Source of the DNA: Octopus sinensis
Lineage: Eukaryota
Assembly (NCBI RefSeq): GCF_006345805.1
Contig: NC_043011.1
Span: 17,744,464 to 17,808,463, forward strand
Length of the DNA: 64,000 nucleotides
Reading direction: 5' to 3'
In this document: in pieces, positions 26,801 to 39,776 of the stretch
Layout: each line of letters opens with the position of its first letter
How positions within the stretch are numbered: the first letter of the stretch is position 1
Notes under the pieces: model-generated
The model's database searches: none
Seen by the model: the letters and a program-made list of their open reading frames with translations, nothing else
What the model was told of the DNA's origin: nothing
Program-made: the position numbers and the translations under genes

Positions 26801-27129
26801 GGAACTCTTCCTCAGAAGAGTCGACGTCAGATGAACTTATGCTTGAGCATATCATTTTGACACACACACAAAAATTTCCTCCTTCAAACAAGGGGAAAAA
26901 AGTTAACAGTTCTGCCACAATACAATAAGAAAAGTGTTTCAAAAACGCGATAACAGCAAAAGTTGAACAATACAAATCGAACAATAATAGCAAGTTGCAC
27001 TAAAAAAAATCTAAAAATTGCGTCCTTATGTGAAGTATATAAAATTAAACTGTGGATGTGGGGGTATGGTTACCTACTACGTACATTTCCTATTTAGTAC
27101 TGCGAATGTTTCATTTATGATGACATACT

Positions 27130-27440
27130 CATGAAGGTTGGATTATTTGGGTGCTTGCATAAAATGCAGATGTCATGTTGACCGAGGTTGCCTACATGTT
27201 GGTACTTGGCATATTGGTAGAGTATGGAGGGCTTTTTTGTCGTCATATTGTCTCAAATATTCAGTTAGCCTTTCCGCAATTCTCCTAGATGTCTTCTCTA
27301 TGCATGTCTGTTCATGTCTTTACAAGCACCTTCTATGCATCTGATGCTGTAGACCACATTTCTAGTTCTACATTTAACGCCAGGGTTAATCCTACATACC
27401 ATGCAGTTATCATTGGTGCATATGGTATTCTCAAAGAGTA
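27130..27440 (-). mobile_element. Penelope-type GIY-YIG endonuclease fragment
   Basis: ICTNDNCMVC...KCRTRNVVYSIRCIEGACKD, then in another frame IEKTSRRIAERLTEY. Confidence 0.7.
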
Positions 27441-27597
27441 TACACACATACACAAGCAAACACACATACACAAGCAAACACACACACGTAAAAGCACACA
27501 AACACGGACGTACAAAAACAAAAACATATGAATATGCAGAATAATACATACATATATATATATATATATACATACGTATATATATATATATATATAT

Positions 27598-27661
27598 GTA
27601 ATAAATATTAGGGAATAAATCCAAACTTGATTTGCCTAATAGTGGTTTTGTCTCTAATTTA

Positions 27662-27668
<7 letters not shown>
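27598..27668. mobile_element. Collapsed fragment of the same terminal-repeat family as 3590-3799, in (TA)n
   Basis: ataaatattagggaataaatccaaa joined to aatagtggttttgtctc; both motifs are shared with 3590-3799. Confidence 0.75.
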
Positions 27669-27700
<32 letters not shown>

Positions 27701-29039
27701 GCACACACACATGCATACACACACTTACATGCATGCTTGCATTCATTCATACATACATACATACATACATACATACATACATACATACATACATACATAC
27801 ATACATGTATGTGCACACACACACACATTGACTAACACGCATGCGCAGAAGCAAACAAAATGAGCGCAGCTCGGATTTCGAAGTGAAATCTTCCATTCTA
27901 TCCATCATTCAGCAACCATCTCTCAACGAGAATATAAGCTCATAATATCAGGTATATGCGCAATCGAATACAAGTCTATATACTTATTCAAATGAACCTT
28001 TCACAAATTTCTGAAATATCACAAATTTCAGTTATTTTTGGTTTAACTTCTCAGTGCTATCAGCTTTCCTACTGTTACCCCACTCTCCCACTTGCGCTAA
28101 CTCCCCCTCTTCTCTTGGTAGTTCCACTTTCTTTCCCTTATTTTCTGTCCCCTTCTAGATCGTGTTCTTTTCTTGCTATTTCTTGACAGTCTCTCTCTTT
28201 TCAAATCTCCTTTTCTTTCTCTCTCCCCCTCTCTCTCTCGCTCCCCATTTACTCTTCCTCTCGGGTCTCAATCAGTTTAACATAAATAATCTCCGAAACT
28301 TTAACTAAAACACAGCAACTGTCATCTCGAAATATCAAAAAGAGACTTTACAAAGTACTAGTGAACCGATTCCATGAATTCTATGACTAATATATATCTT
28401 CACCAAAAGAGGTCGAACGTGATAGAAAAAACAAGCTGTGGCTGACAGGATACGCAGCAGAACAATTAAAGCAACTATTCAGCATTGTATGTCCTTGAAT
28501 ACTAAATTAATCTTAAAGCCCGTATAGAAATCTAGGCAATTTTGTTTTCACAGTTTACATCGAGAGAGAAGAATAACATCCATAAAACATCCTTATTTTT
28601 CTCAAGATTAGAATGCCTTGTACTATACAACACTGTCAGTTTTAAGACGGTATATCGTGGCTTCCAAACATTTTGTTATTGCTTCTGCTCTGAGTGTATA
28701 GCGGGCCAATCTAGTAAGTGTGATTGCCTGCATCAGCTAAATAAGACTATACGTCTTCTGCAGTGGAACTAATTGCCTACGAAGTTCACTTCGCAAGTAA
28801 ACTGATTTAGGTTTCATCCCAAGAGTAAAGTTCTGCTACCATTTTTTATCTTAGTACAGTCTTTTTGGACAAAAGCTATGAGATTATCCATCTGAAGGCT
28901 CACTTCTCTTTTGAGGCTGTAGAATAAATGGTGACTTTTCAATACCTTTAACAGCCCACGATTATGCAAACGCTGGAGTCAGTTAACCAGCTTGAGGATA
29001 AATTTATTTTTTCTCCACCAGTCTTAGGTACCTCAAAAT

Positions 29040-29055
29040 AATAATGATAATAATG

Positions 29056-29125
<70 letters not shown>

Positions 29126-29145
29126 TAATAATAATAATAATAATG
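29040..29145. repeat. (AAT)n microsatellite
   Basis: Direct reading. Confidence 0.95.
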
Positions 29146-30807
29146 AAATGGCAAGAGAAAAAGAAACAGATAGGATGGTTTGACTATACTTTCTTTAGCT
29201 TCGAAAACGATTTCAATTGAAACGCCGTTCATTATAACTCTGTTCTATGTAGACTGAGTTGGATAATATCAGCATCAAATAGTGTTATATGTTTGTACAG
29301 GAAGCAGCATCATTCAGTTACATAGCGAGTCGTGTCCACAGACCAGTGAAATAATATGAAGCAGGCATCTAATTAGATGAACTCAATTGACTGTACAACA
29401 TACTCGCTAAAATGCTTACGTCACGGAATATCCAAAAATCCTATTATATACCCGTCGGTTATATTTGTATTATCCTGTTCAAGCCTTGAACATGATAATA
29501 CAAATATTAATACAGAATTCAGCTGCCTATTTCTGCACTGCTGATGAACTTGGGAGCGTCATCCCTTAATATAGCATCATTGTCAGTATGAATGTTGTTG
29601 GGGGCTAAACAGTTTTTCTGCAGGTACGTGATAACACCACAATGACAAATGTTGTCGATTTTCAAAAGAAGGGGCTACCAGTTACTTCTGAAATTTTTTT
29701 TGAATACTCAGATATAAGTTTACCTGAAAAAGAAAACAATGCAATTATTAAGGTTTGAAATGAAAACATTCAAGATTTCACAGCACTACTCCTTCATAGT
29801 TAGCCTATGAAGCCTTCATAGCCCTCCCTCGTAGGCAAGAAGAGGCAACATAATCTATTCGGCAATGAAGTACAGTAACAAATACAAATCTTAAAGCATT
29901 TGTAATCAAACACAAATCCCAATTATTATAGTTTAAATGTTATAGTTATTATAGTTACTATAGTATAAAGTATAGTACAAAAATAAAATATTAAAAATAC
30001 ATAATATATTTTTTTCGTCTCTGAGGCATAATTTCTCAGGGAGGATACGGCAGTCTGATCCTCGAACACATTTGTTTCCTGCGACCATACTTTCGAACGC
30101 TTGGACACCAGAATTATTTAAAAGGAGTTCCTTCTAATTTGAAAAATGAGATTAAAATGAGAAATAACTACAACTTGCAGAAATAAAAATTATATATATA
30201 ACACATCCCTTCTTTCTAAAATTACATATGTCTTGTACCAATAGAAGTGCGTTTAAGTTACTTATCCTTTAAATAAATTGTTGAACATACTTTAAGCGCA
30301 GGATATTTTTGAAATAAAAATTTAATAGTTGTTGAGTTTCAAAGTATGTTAAAATTGTTTTGAAATTCATAAGTAGAATGAATCTACAACTGTTGAGACA
30401 AGCTACATCAAACCCAGTATATGTGTCGTGTATATAAATTCTTAGTGCTTCCGGATTTTCCTTCAATTCAATATTTTTTGTGCAATATTTAAAGAACCGT
30501 TTCATTTTATTAAAACGTAACTGATGTGTAAAAGAATTTTCTGCTTCATTAAATTAAAAGTGTAACATCAATAGAATATATTTATTGAAGCAAAATGATA
30601 CGCTAATCAATGATATATTAAATATATTTCATAAGTGATAACACAGGAACAGGAAAAAAGTATTTTTATTCTGCAAAAAGGAAACAACATTTTCTTCAAT
30701 GTTGCTATGTTAGAACATACATACTGTTATAATTTCAGACACTCTTGCTGTCGCACTGTATACCTCTATACATAGATATGTATCAGCTACTCCTCTCCAA
30801 CAACACA

Positions 30808-30839
<32 letters not shown>

Positions 30840-30947
30840 ATACACACATTTTTTTACTGTATTTGCCCTACTGATGTTGTCATCGGTTTCAATTCTGTCA
30901 AAAATTCATCAGTCCTTGTCACTGTATATATATATATTATATATATA

Positions 30948-31023
<76 letters not shown>

Positions 31024-31252
31024 AAAAAAGTCAAGATTGAAAATGCTAAACTAATTTTATAAAAAACATTTCAGTACCGGTTTCAGTCATTGAGAGTTTT
31101 TCAACTGTAACAATTAAATGATTAAATTTAGAAAAAATTAACAAGAAAGTTTTTTAAAAGAATATTTGTATAGTGTTCAAAATACAAGTGACATTTTCCT
31201 TCTGTCTACCTGTCTCTGTCTCTCTTGTTTACTCTTGTGGGTTCGAGGTCGC

Positions 31253-31318
<66 letters not shown>

Positions 31319-31424
31319 ATATTGTGTCCTTACCATGGCATTTACACCTTTTTGAACGTACACAAACGACATATATATGTGTGTGTGTGACGAGATACAT
31401 ATTTATGTATATACATGTCTATAC

Positions 31425-31635
31425 TCCAATATCAAAAAGCATGAAAAATAATCAAGAATCCTTGTCCTCTACCGGATCAATCCCAAAACCTAATCAATTT
31501 GTGCCAGTAATGGGGCCAAACATTCCTGAAAGCTTCATCCGAATCTATCCAGCGGTTCTTGAGATATCTTGCGTACGGACAAACAAACAAACGTGACTGA
31601 AAACAATTCCTCCAGCTTGGCGAAGGCGGACGTAA
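31425..31635 (+). mobile_element. Non-autonomous rolling-circle (HINE/Helentron-like) element end
   Basis: (ACAA)n run followed by a degenerate terminal hairpin cctccagcttggcgaaggcggacg; layout matches HINE/DINE-1-type ends. Class is inferred. Confidence 0.35.
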
Positions 31636-32512
31636 GAATATACATCTACTCAATGTTATTTGAGTCTGGATTTCAAAACCATTGCCTTTCTCGTCTATAT
31701 TCAGTTACTGTTATTTTTGCGCATGTACAGACTGTTCTGAAACGGGTTTTATATGTTACTCTTTAGTTCACATAGGTAACGTTAACATTACTTCTATTAA
31801 CTGAAGTATTCTTTAACTTTTTTTTATTTACAGTTCAGAATTATTAAAGTATATGCACATCATAGAATAGTGTTTCTATAACAAGATAGTTCTATCGAAT
31901 TTTATAACAAGATCGTCATATCGAAACAACATCGTCCTATTGAGAAGTGCTATGATTTCGACAGCGTAATCTTACATGTTTCTTTAGTTTGTTTTCATGC
32001 ATTTTTCAGAAACTATTCCTTAGCATTCAAATACCTAATTTGCTCCTGAGAATTTTGCCACATGCATCTTTTTCCTTATCCATCTATCAAGAGACAGGGT
32101 TCAAAATCTGCAGCACCTGAGACAACTTTAATTTTTCTTTTAATATCACGTACGAGTATCAAGATGTCAATTTTCACAGAGATTGAAGGAAAGGTGTTCG
32201 TGCATTGTAGCATGGCGTGTTTCACGGTGAACGTCGTCTATTGTCTTGGAGACACGTACAGATTTCATTCCATAAGGTAAACAAGAATATCTTAGTTGAC
32301 ATTGCATACAGATTCAATATACTTTGCTATAGGCTTCTTGGAACACGAAGTAACACTTCGTAGATATTCATTCCCACTAGAATTAATATCTTACTCTCAA
32401 ATGCGTCGCACTCACAGCTTTCCCATTATTCAACGTCCGACATATCACCGTTTGATACAGATGTAGATATCGAACAAACTCTTATCATTAATAGAGCATT
32501 AGCAAGCTGGTT

Positions 32513-32932
32513 GGATCTTTTCAGTTTGAACGGCAGTTTTTAACATAATTTCTAGGTATCTAAAACATTTTAAACGTCGTATACTGGTAGAATGTGTTTA
32601 TAAAACATCTTTTTCTCTTGGCTTTATTGAGAAAATTCTATAGTTTTTAAGATATTTGCTGGTTTTTTTTCTTCAATTTCTGCAATTTCAACCAATCAGT
32701 GACGTGTACTGAGGTAAAAAAAAAACATTCTGTGTCGTATGAATATGTCCCTCGTATAAGAAACAGATTGGGTTTATTTACATTTGTGAAGAAAAAAAGA
32801 TACCCTTCCCTGACTAACCCTAACCCTAAAACAGATTGAAATGCAATAGATCGATACTAGGGTCATAATTATGGGTGACAATTTCATATGACGCCGCTAG
32901 AAAAAAAAATGCCTTTAAAACCGAAAAGATCC
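32513..32932 (+). mobile_element. Complete MITE with ~28-bp TIRs starting GGATCTTTTC and an 8-bp TSD (Merlin- or hAT-like)
   Basis: TIRs ggatcttttcagtttgaacggcag and aaaccgaaaagatcc; TSD agctggtt at 32505-32512 and 32933-32940; internal ctaaccctaaccctaa. Confidence 0.9.
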
Positions 32933-33933
32933 AGCTGGTTTTTCAAGCTAAATGTTGGTTGCAGTAATTTCATGAATGAAAGCAAGAGCCTGAAATGTGT
33001 TGTAAAATGCTGAAGGGACACACATACAAAATAAATGCGATCGCTTATGATATTTAAATGAAAGCAAAAACGATGTTTTTGTAGTGATAGAGTTTCGGTT
33101 AGATACTACCATAGAAACCAATCTCTATCTTGCCTTGGTTGTTCACGGAATTTAAAGCTGACTGAACACAATGACAGTCGAACCAGATGACAGCAAACGC
33201 GTGTGTAATTAGCGTAAGATACTTATGTTAAACAATAAACTTTACAAATAGTTAAATTCTCCTCTAGCGGAAACTAAATTGAAACAATGATGAATAGAAA
33301 TACGTTAGTTATTGGCAAACACTTATTGATATCAATGGCAGAACAGAGGTCATTTCACAATACTGAAGATCTATATTTTCAAGCTACAGAAATGAAATAA
33401 GATACGCTTCTATATTCATACTATGTTTTTACCGAATATCTAATTCTAGGAACCGAAAAGAAATTTTCTCCGCTTAACTGCACATTTCTTTATCGAACAG
33501 TACCTGGGAGATTTGATCTTACCCTCTTCCATACCTCCCCACCAAACATAACAGTTGATGTAGAATATTTATCATTTAATAACTGCTTGAATCAGAGACA
33601 TCTAAATAATTCTCGGTTTCATGTTGAAATGACCGATTGTAGTATGCAATTGTACACACAAGACGTGTTAGTATGATATTCACCAGCAATTCTACACACA
33701 ACCATAATTTCTGCATTTTTAGGTGCAAGCAACAAACATATTTATTTCTATGTACATAAGTTCACATATACAAGTTTGCTCCAGTTATTTTCCTATAAAT
33801 ATGTGCCTGACAGAATGTTTGTATCTTTCTACTGTAATGAGTTAACCATATACATCTACACATACCCACTCGCGCGCACACTCACACACACATACGTACA
33901 CATTTGTCATTATTAATGTCATTGTTATAAAGT

Positions 33934-34167
33934 AAAGCCGGCGAGCTGGCTGCAACGTTAGCACGCCGGGCGAAGTGCTTAGCGGTATTTCGTCTGCCGT
34001 TACGTTCTGTGTTCAAATTCCGCCGAAGTCGACTTTGCCTTTCATCCTTTCGGGGTCGATAAATTAAGTACCAGTTACGCACTGGGATCGATGTCATCGA
34101 CTTAATCCATTTGTCTGTCCTTGTTTGTACCCTCTATGTTTAGCCCCTTGTGGGCAATAAAGAAATA
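33934..34167 (+). mobile_element. SINE family A, full-length
   Basis: Head aaagccggcgagctggc, B-box-like gttcaaattcc, tail gccccttgtgggcaataaagaaat. Confidence 0.9.
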
Positions 34168-34181
34168 ATATCCACTTTTTT

Positions 34182-34414
34182 AAAGGCGGCGAGCTGGCAG
34201 AATCGTTAGCACGTCGGGCGAAATGCTTAGCAATATTTCGTCTGCCGCTACGTTCTGAGTTCAAATTCCGCCCGGGTCGACTTTGCCTTTCATCCTTTCG
34301 GAGTCGATAAATTAAGTACCAGTTACGCACTGAGGTCGATGTAATCGACTTAATCCGTTTGTCTGTCCTTGTTTGTCCCCTCTGTGTTTAGCCCCTTGTG
34401 GGCAGTAAAGAAAT
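34182..34414 (+). mobile_element. SINE family A, full-length
   Basis: Same head, core and tail as 33934-34167. Confidence 0.9.
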
Positions 34415-34499
34415 ACATATACATCTACACCACCTACCCAAACGCGCGCGCCCACACTCACACATACATTTGTCATTAGTAATGTCATTATTATAAAGG

Positions 34500-34704
34500 A
34501 AAGCCGGCGAGCTGGGAGAAACGTCAGCACGCTGGCCGAAATGCTTACAGTAATTCGCCTGCCACTACGTCCCGAGTTCAAATTTCGACGTTGTCATTTA
34601 TCCTTTTGGAGTTGTGAAATAAGTACTAGATACGCACTGGGGTTGATGCTATCGACTATCGTCCCCCACCCAAATTTTCAAGGCCTTGTACCTAGAGTAG
34701 AAAT
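34500..34704 (+). mobile_element. SINE family A, alternative-tail subfamily
   Basis: Same head; tail aattttcaaggccttgtacctagagtagaaat. Confidence 0.8.
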
Positions 34705-34709
34705 AATAA

Positions 34710-35600
34710 TAATTATTATTATTTATATGAAAACTCACAGCTTATTTTACAGGGTATATTTGAAAGTGTCAGCTGTATTTGTTTCATGTACTTCTCAAGT
34801 TTGTTACTCACCAGTTATTCGTACTACTACCACCATTTTCAGCGACCACAACGGATTAACATCCCGTGCTAACCTGTCATATCTATCGATTACCCTTCCT
34901 TATCGCGTATCCTGTTCACGGCTTGGCATGCTATATCTATGATTCAGCATAGTTTGCTTTCTTTTTCAATTAACACCATGAATCATAAAATCCCTGAGGA
35001 TCTTTGCATTATCATTTTCGATGATTCCTTCGAGTTTATGTTCGTAACAATTTTTTCTCTGTCAAGTCCATACTTGCTGGAAAGTGTCCAATGAACAATC
35101 CTTGCTATATTGTCATGACGTTTCTTATATTCCTACTGGGTTAGTGGCGTATATTGACTGGAAATTTCAACAATTTTCCCCACAGATTCTGCACTCGTCA
35201 CATTCTGATGTGTTGTGTATTCTGTATTTGATGTAATTCGTTCTTAGTGCTTGCTCATGCGCAACACAGATTAGGGCACCCATTTCCGGTTTTCAATCAC
35301 TTTTAGTCATCCATAGCCATCATTTTTTTCTCTGTCTGTCTTATCTTCAACAACCATATGAAATTGTCCAAAAACACTAATTCTCTGGCATTTTTCACAT
35401 ACTATACTATGTTGTTTTCTTCTGCTCTAATACTGCGTTCGCATCCAATTATTCCTCTCCCCCACTTTTTCTTTATACATGCATTCTGGCTGTGTCACTT
35501 TTTGGGTGGAGTATCCCGTGTGTAGTCAGTAACTTCTTGTCTTTCTGTCTAAGTAAGCTATTTAGTTCCTCCATACGATTACCTCTGCTCCATATCTAAG
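34710..35600 (-). mobile_element. R4/Dong-clade LINE 3' portion, decayed
   Basis: ALICVAHEQALRTNYIKYRIHNTSECDECRICGEN...YKKRHDNIARIVHWTLSSKYGLDRE...GIIENDNAKIL; CWIIDIAC; ends at an (AAT)-like run. Confidence 0.85.
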
Positions 35601-35916
35601 GGGTGAAACCGCTCAGGTTTTCATAGCTCCAATCTTATTCCGTCTATATCCGTGGGGAAAATTGTTGAAATTTCCAGTCAATATCGACTTAAGGATTAGT
35701 TTCAGTCTTAAATATTTCTGTTATTTCATTTTGTGATTGGACAAAGTAATGGAGACATCTAGAAGCATGGCATCATAATTTTGAAATATCTATAAGACCG
35801 TCAAAAGCTGGTTTTTTCATGTTTTTTTTAATTTATTATTAATGTTGCTTAATATATTTTCCTACAATGTCTGTTTCATTTGAGATATCATCAGTAGGTA
35901 ATTAAAATTCATTAAA

Positions 35917-36032
35917 ATGACACACCTTTTGGACGTTCAAAGATGTCAAGTTGTTGGTGATCGTATGGCAGACGCTAGCGTAACGAAAACAGCCGAAATG
36001 TTTGGTGTATCAAGAAGTAGTGTTTCACAATT
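35917..36032 (+). mobile_element. Tc1-like transposase N-terminal HTH fragment
   Basis: MTHLLDVQRCQVVGDRMADASVTKTAEMFGVSRSSVSQL. Confidence 0.65.
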
Positions 36033-36282
36033 AATATTCGCAGTTGGTTATATGAAGTGAAACACAAAACTGAGATGGCAGCAGAAAAATATAAGTTCAA
36101 GTAAAATGTATGCACATAGAAAGGCAGGCGCATGTGTAAACGTACGATTTTACTCCTACATGCCCGTATGCATCTAAATGTTCGTGAATGGAAGTATAAT
36201 TATAGAGACGTCTTACAAAAATGCTCAACAATACCTGCTCAGCGGTGCACACACACGATTACAATCGCATATGTCTACGAGT

Positions 36283-36465
36283 ATAATTGGGCTGCATATG
36301 TGCGCTGATCTGTGGTAAGAAGCTTGCTTCCAAACTATATCATTCTGAGTTCAATCCTACTGCGTATTATCTTGGGCAAGTGTCGTCTACTATAGGGTCG
36401 GGCCGACCAAAGCCTTCTGAGTTGATTTGGTTGAAGGAAACTGTAAACCCGTCGTATATCTAGAT
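36283..36465 (+). mobile_element. SINE family B, 5' part, followed by (GATA)n at ~36487-36552
   Basis: tgtggtaagaagcttgcttcc...gagttcaatcc...gggcaagtgtcgtctactatag. Confidence 0.8.
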
Positions 36466-36483
36466 AGATAAATATATATATAT

Positions 36484-36551
<68 letters not shown>

Positions 36552-36589
36552 TTTGAAAAGAATTGTGGAAAACGAATCTGACATTGCGA

Positions 36590-36696
36590 AACTGCTAGCA
36601 GTTAGTCCAAGAACGTATGTTATATATCTGCATAAGCTTGGGTATTATGGACGAGCAACTAGAAGAAAACCTCTCCTTCAGGCAATTAATATCAAA
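36590..36696 (+). mobile_element. Tc1-like transposase second fragment
   Basis: LAVSPRTYVIYLHKLGYYGRATRRKPLL matches the Tc1 VS..T....L...G..GR...RKPLL motif. Confidence 0.65.
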
Positions 36697-36749
36697 TAAA
36701 AGATTTTGGAATTAAAAGTGTCTATTTACTTCGTCCATGTCTGTATACG

Positions 36750-36966
36750 AGAGTCTTTCAGTTTCATTGTACCAAACCCACTCACAAGACTTTGATCGAC
36801 CTAAGGCTATAATATGTATAATATATATATATATATATACACATACAAATCCACTCACAAGGTTTTGGTCAGTCCGAAGATACAGTAGAAGTCACTTGCC
36901 CTAGGTTTCATACGGTGGGACTGAGCACGGAAACATTTGATTAGGAGGCAACCTACTTACCACATA
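36750..36966 (-). mobile_element. SINE family B fragments (two partial cores)
   Basis: ccactcacaag...ttggtc twice; agaagtcacttgccctagg...ggtgggactgag. Confidence 0.7.
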
Positions 36967-37466
36967 GTAATACGAGATCGAAACGATGGAAGACCATCGT
37001 TGACGACTCCCGTTAAAATGAAACTCTTCAGTCCAGTGTTCTAGATGCGCTGCGCTCATGGGGCGGTTGCCTTGCCTAGCAGTATTGAACATTGTGCTTT
37101 TTTGTAGCAATAAATGGTTTAACTGCTATATCTAAAACCATATGTGCTCGTAGCACATGCAGTCTCTATTAGTGACGACTAATTTGCCGTTGAAACTATT
37201 GCAAATATACATCCCTATTAATATTACGTTTCAGTATAGGGAACCAGAAATTACCCGTCGGAAATTACAGTGTAAGTTGGCATACACACACATACACACA
37301 CACACACACGCTCACACACTCACACGCTCACACACACACGTACATATATATATATATAATATATACATCTATATATATATATATATATATATACGCGCAT
37401 GTACGTACATTCATTCATGCATAAAGATAAATAAATGCACACCTCTCTCTCCCTCTCTCCCTCACA

Positions 37467-37546
<80 letters not shown>

Positions 37547-38321
37547 TATGCATGTATGTCCAAATATACTCATCAAGGAGGCAGAGCGTGAGCGAATTAA
37601 AAAGACACGCCGTACAAATATTTTTTTCAAGATATAATCATCAAAAATGCGGGTGATATTGAAACGGAACCGAATGCTCAATCATACACATTTTGCCATT
37701 AATATATAATAAAAAGATACAGCAGCATGTTAGGCGAAATATACGGTGATTAGTGGAGCGATATATCACATAAAGTTGTCGTCAAGATATGAAAGGAAAG
37801 TAAAGCATAAAAATAATAGTCGCAAGTATTGGCATATATAGATAAGTTTGCACAGGAGAAATGCATACGACGAAAATTAAACAAAACATTACTGCAAATA
37901 ATGTGAAGCAACATATTCTTCTTAATGTTCTTAACAACAAAATATACAACTTGAATGCCAATGTTACTAAAACATGGATTTTATGATTTTGAAAATATTG
38001 GGCTGATGCAAAAGTAATCAAACAGTCATAAAGATAAAATATAGCGATCCGAAAGCGAGATTACATTTATTGAAATAAAAAAATTACCACTGTGCGTAAT
38101 GCACAATTTTAATTTACTACAGCAAATATATGCAACCGTCTGGGAGATGTTTACAGTTATAACTCTGTATAATACTTTCTGTAGGTTATTTATAAAACTG
38201 AATATTTCTACTGTAATAAGAAAATGTATCATACGCAAGTAACTCTTATATATATGTATAAAATCAAAATAGGCAACAAGGATATGCAGAGGTAATGCAG
38301 TACGATCGTTTCATGCAACTC

Positions 38322-38586
38322 CATTTCATTGAACAATGCAATCATTGCATCCGTTTAAAAGCTAGAGCAATCTTCAGCTGAACAAAGACATAGAATTTAA
38401 TTTAATTAGAACAGATGGACTCATTAGTATAATTATACCTAAAATCTCCAAGAAGTTGGGGATTTTAGGTATAATTATACTAATGTGTCCACATGTTCTA
38501 CTTAAATTAATTTCTATGTCTTTGTGCAGCTGACGATTGTTCTACATTTCATACTGATGTAATGATTCCTTTGTTCAAATAAATGA
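38322..38586. repeat. Foldback palindrome, ~130-bp arms, 4-nt loop (38452-38455)
   Basis: Inner ~89 bp are ~90% complementary by manual count: ...cattagtataattatacctaaaatctccaa GAAG ttggggattttaggtataattatactaatg... Confidence 0.9.
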
Positions 38587-38727
38587 ATATCCTTCTTGCT
38601 TATTTTGATTTTAATCACCATACTTTGAAATTGTATGGATAATACCGTACTAAATTATGGTGCCGCAACTTAAGTACCATATTCATCTGCATTTAAATTT
38701 TTGCTGAACTCATCTACCATACCCAAA

Positions 38728-38798
<71 letters not shown>

Positions 38799-39546
38799 CG
38801 TGCGTATGTATATTTATGTATATATGCATGTATAATTGTGATGTTATTATTATTATTATTATCATCTATAATATTAATACACTAACATTATGCTTTTGTA
38901 CGTACCTGTTATGTGCGTCACACTTACTTTAGAGAAGTGGCAAAGCGAGTGAGAAGAGAACACAGAGGAAGTAAGAGAGAGAGAGTGAGAGAGAGAGTGG
39001 GTGGTGAAGGCGTTTGTTTTGTGTTTTTAAATGTTTCAGAAAGGAAGTGAGAAAGAGTGAAAGAGAGTGGAACAGACAGGGTGTGGTGACGACGTCCGTG
39101 TTGTCTTTTTAAATGTTTCAGAGAGAACGTAATAGAGAAAGAGAGTCAGGGAGAGAAAGTGTGAGAGAGAATGAGAGAGAGTGAAAGAGAGAGAGTGGTG
39201 ACGCCGTTTCTCGCAAGAGAAGTAGATACATAGATACATATACACATTGTTAAATCAAAAGCGGGAGAGAACAGGGACAGAATGGAAGAGAAAGAGAAAG
39301 AGAGAATCTGTGAGAGACAGCAGATAGATAAACCCAAAGAATAGTTCATACAAAGATACATACACACATCAAATATTGGATGTCAATTTCACTATTCATT
39401 ACCACACGAGGATAAAATTAACTCACAGATGGCTGAGTACCTCACAGACATGCATAACTTTAGCGTAGTTCTCAGGCAGTTTCAGCCTGGCAGAGAATAT
39501 GACAAAGCTGGACCCTTTGAATTACAGGTACAACCCGATATATATG

Positions 39547-39633
<87 letters not shown>

Positions 39634-39635
<2 letters not shown>

Positions 39636-39776
39636 TTTATTTAAAGCAGCAGAAAATTCAACAAAACCTGTTACTCTGAGTTTCCCGTTGCCGTTTAAAT
39701 AAAGCATATTACTCTACCACTGGTATTTGAGTACTCTTTTTTCCACCTTGTTTCACATTTATGTGTTTACTCCGGT
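39634..39776 (-). mobile_element. Probable Penelope terminal-repeat fragment with a truncated hammerhead, between (TA)n runs
   Basis: 11-bp inverted repeat ctttatttaaa/tttaaataaag; minus strand reads cg-gcaa-cg GGAAA ctcagag UA acagg. Confidence 0.45.

Noticed and set aside
20330-30130. Several 40-60 codon open stretches (20340-20450, 20900-21040, 23400-23560, 26170-26320, 29520-29670, 29930-30110) as exons of a host gene
   Set aside because: No recognisable protein similarity and weak or inconsistent splice sites.
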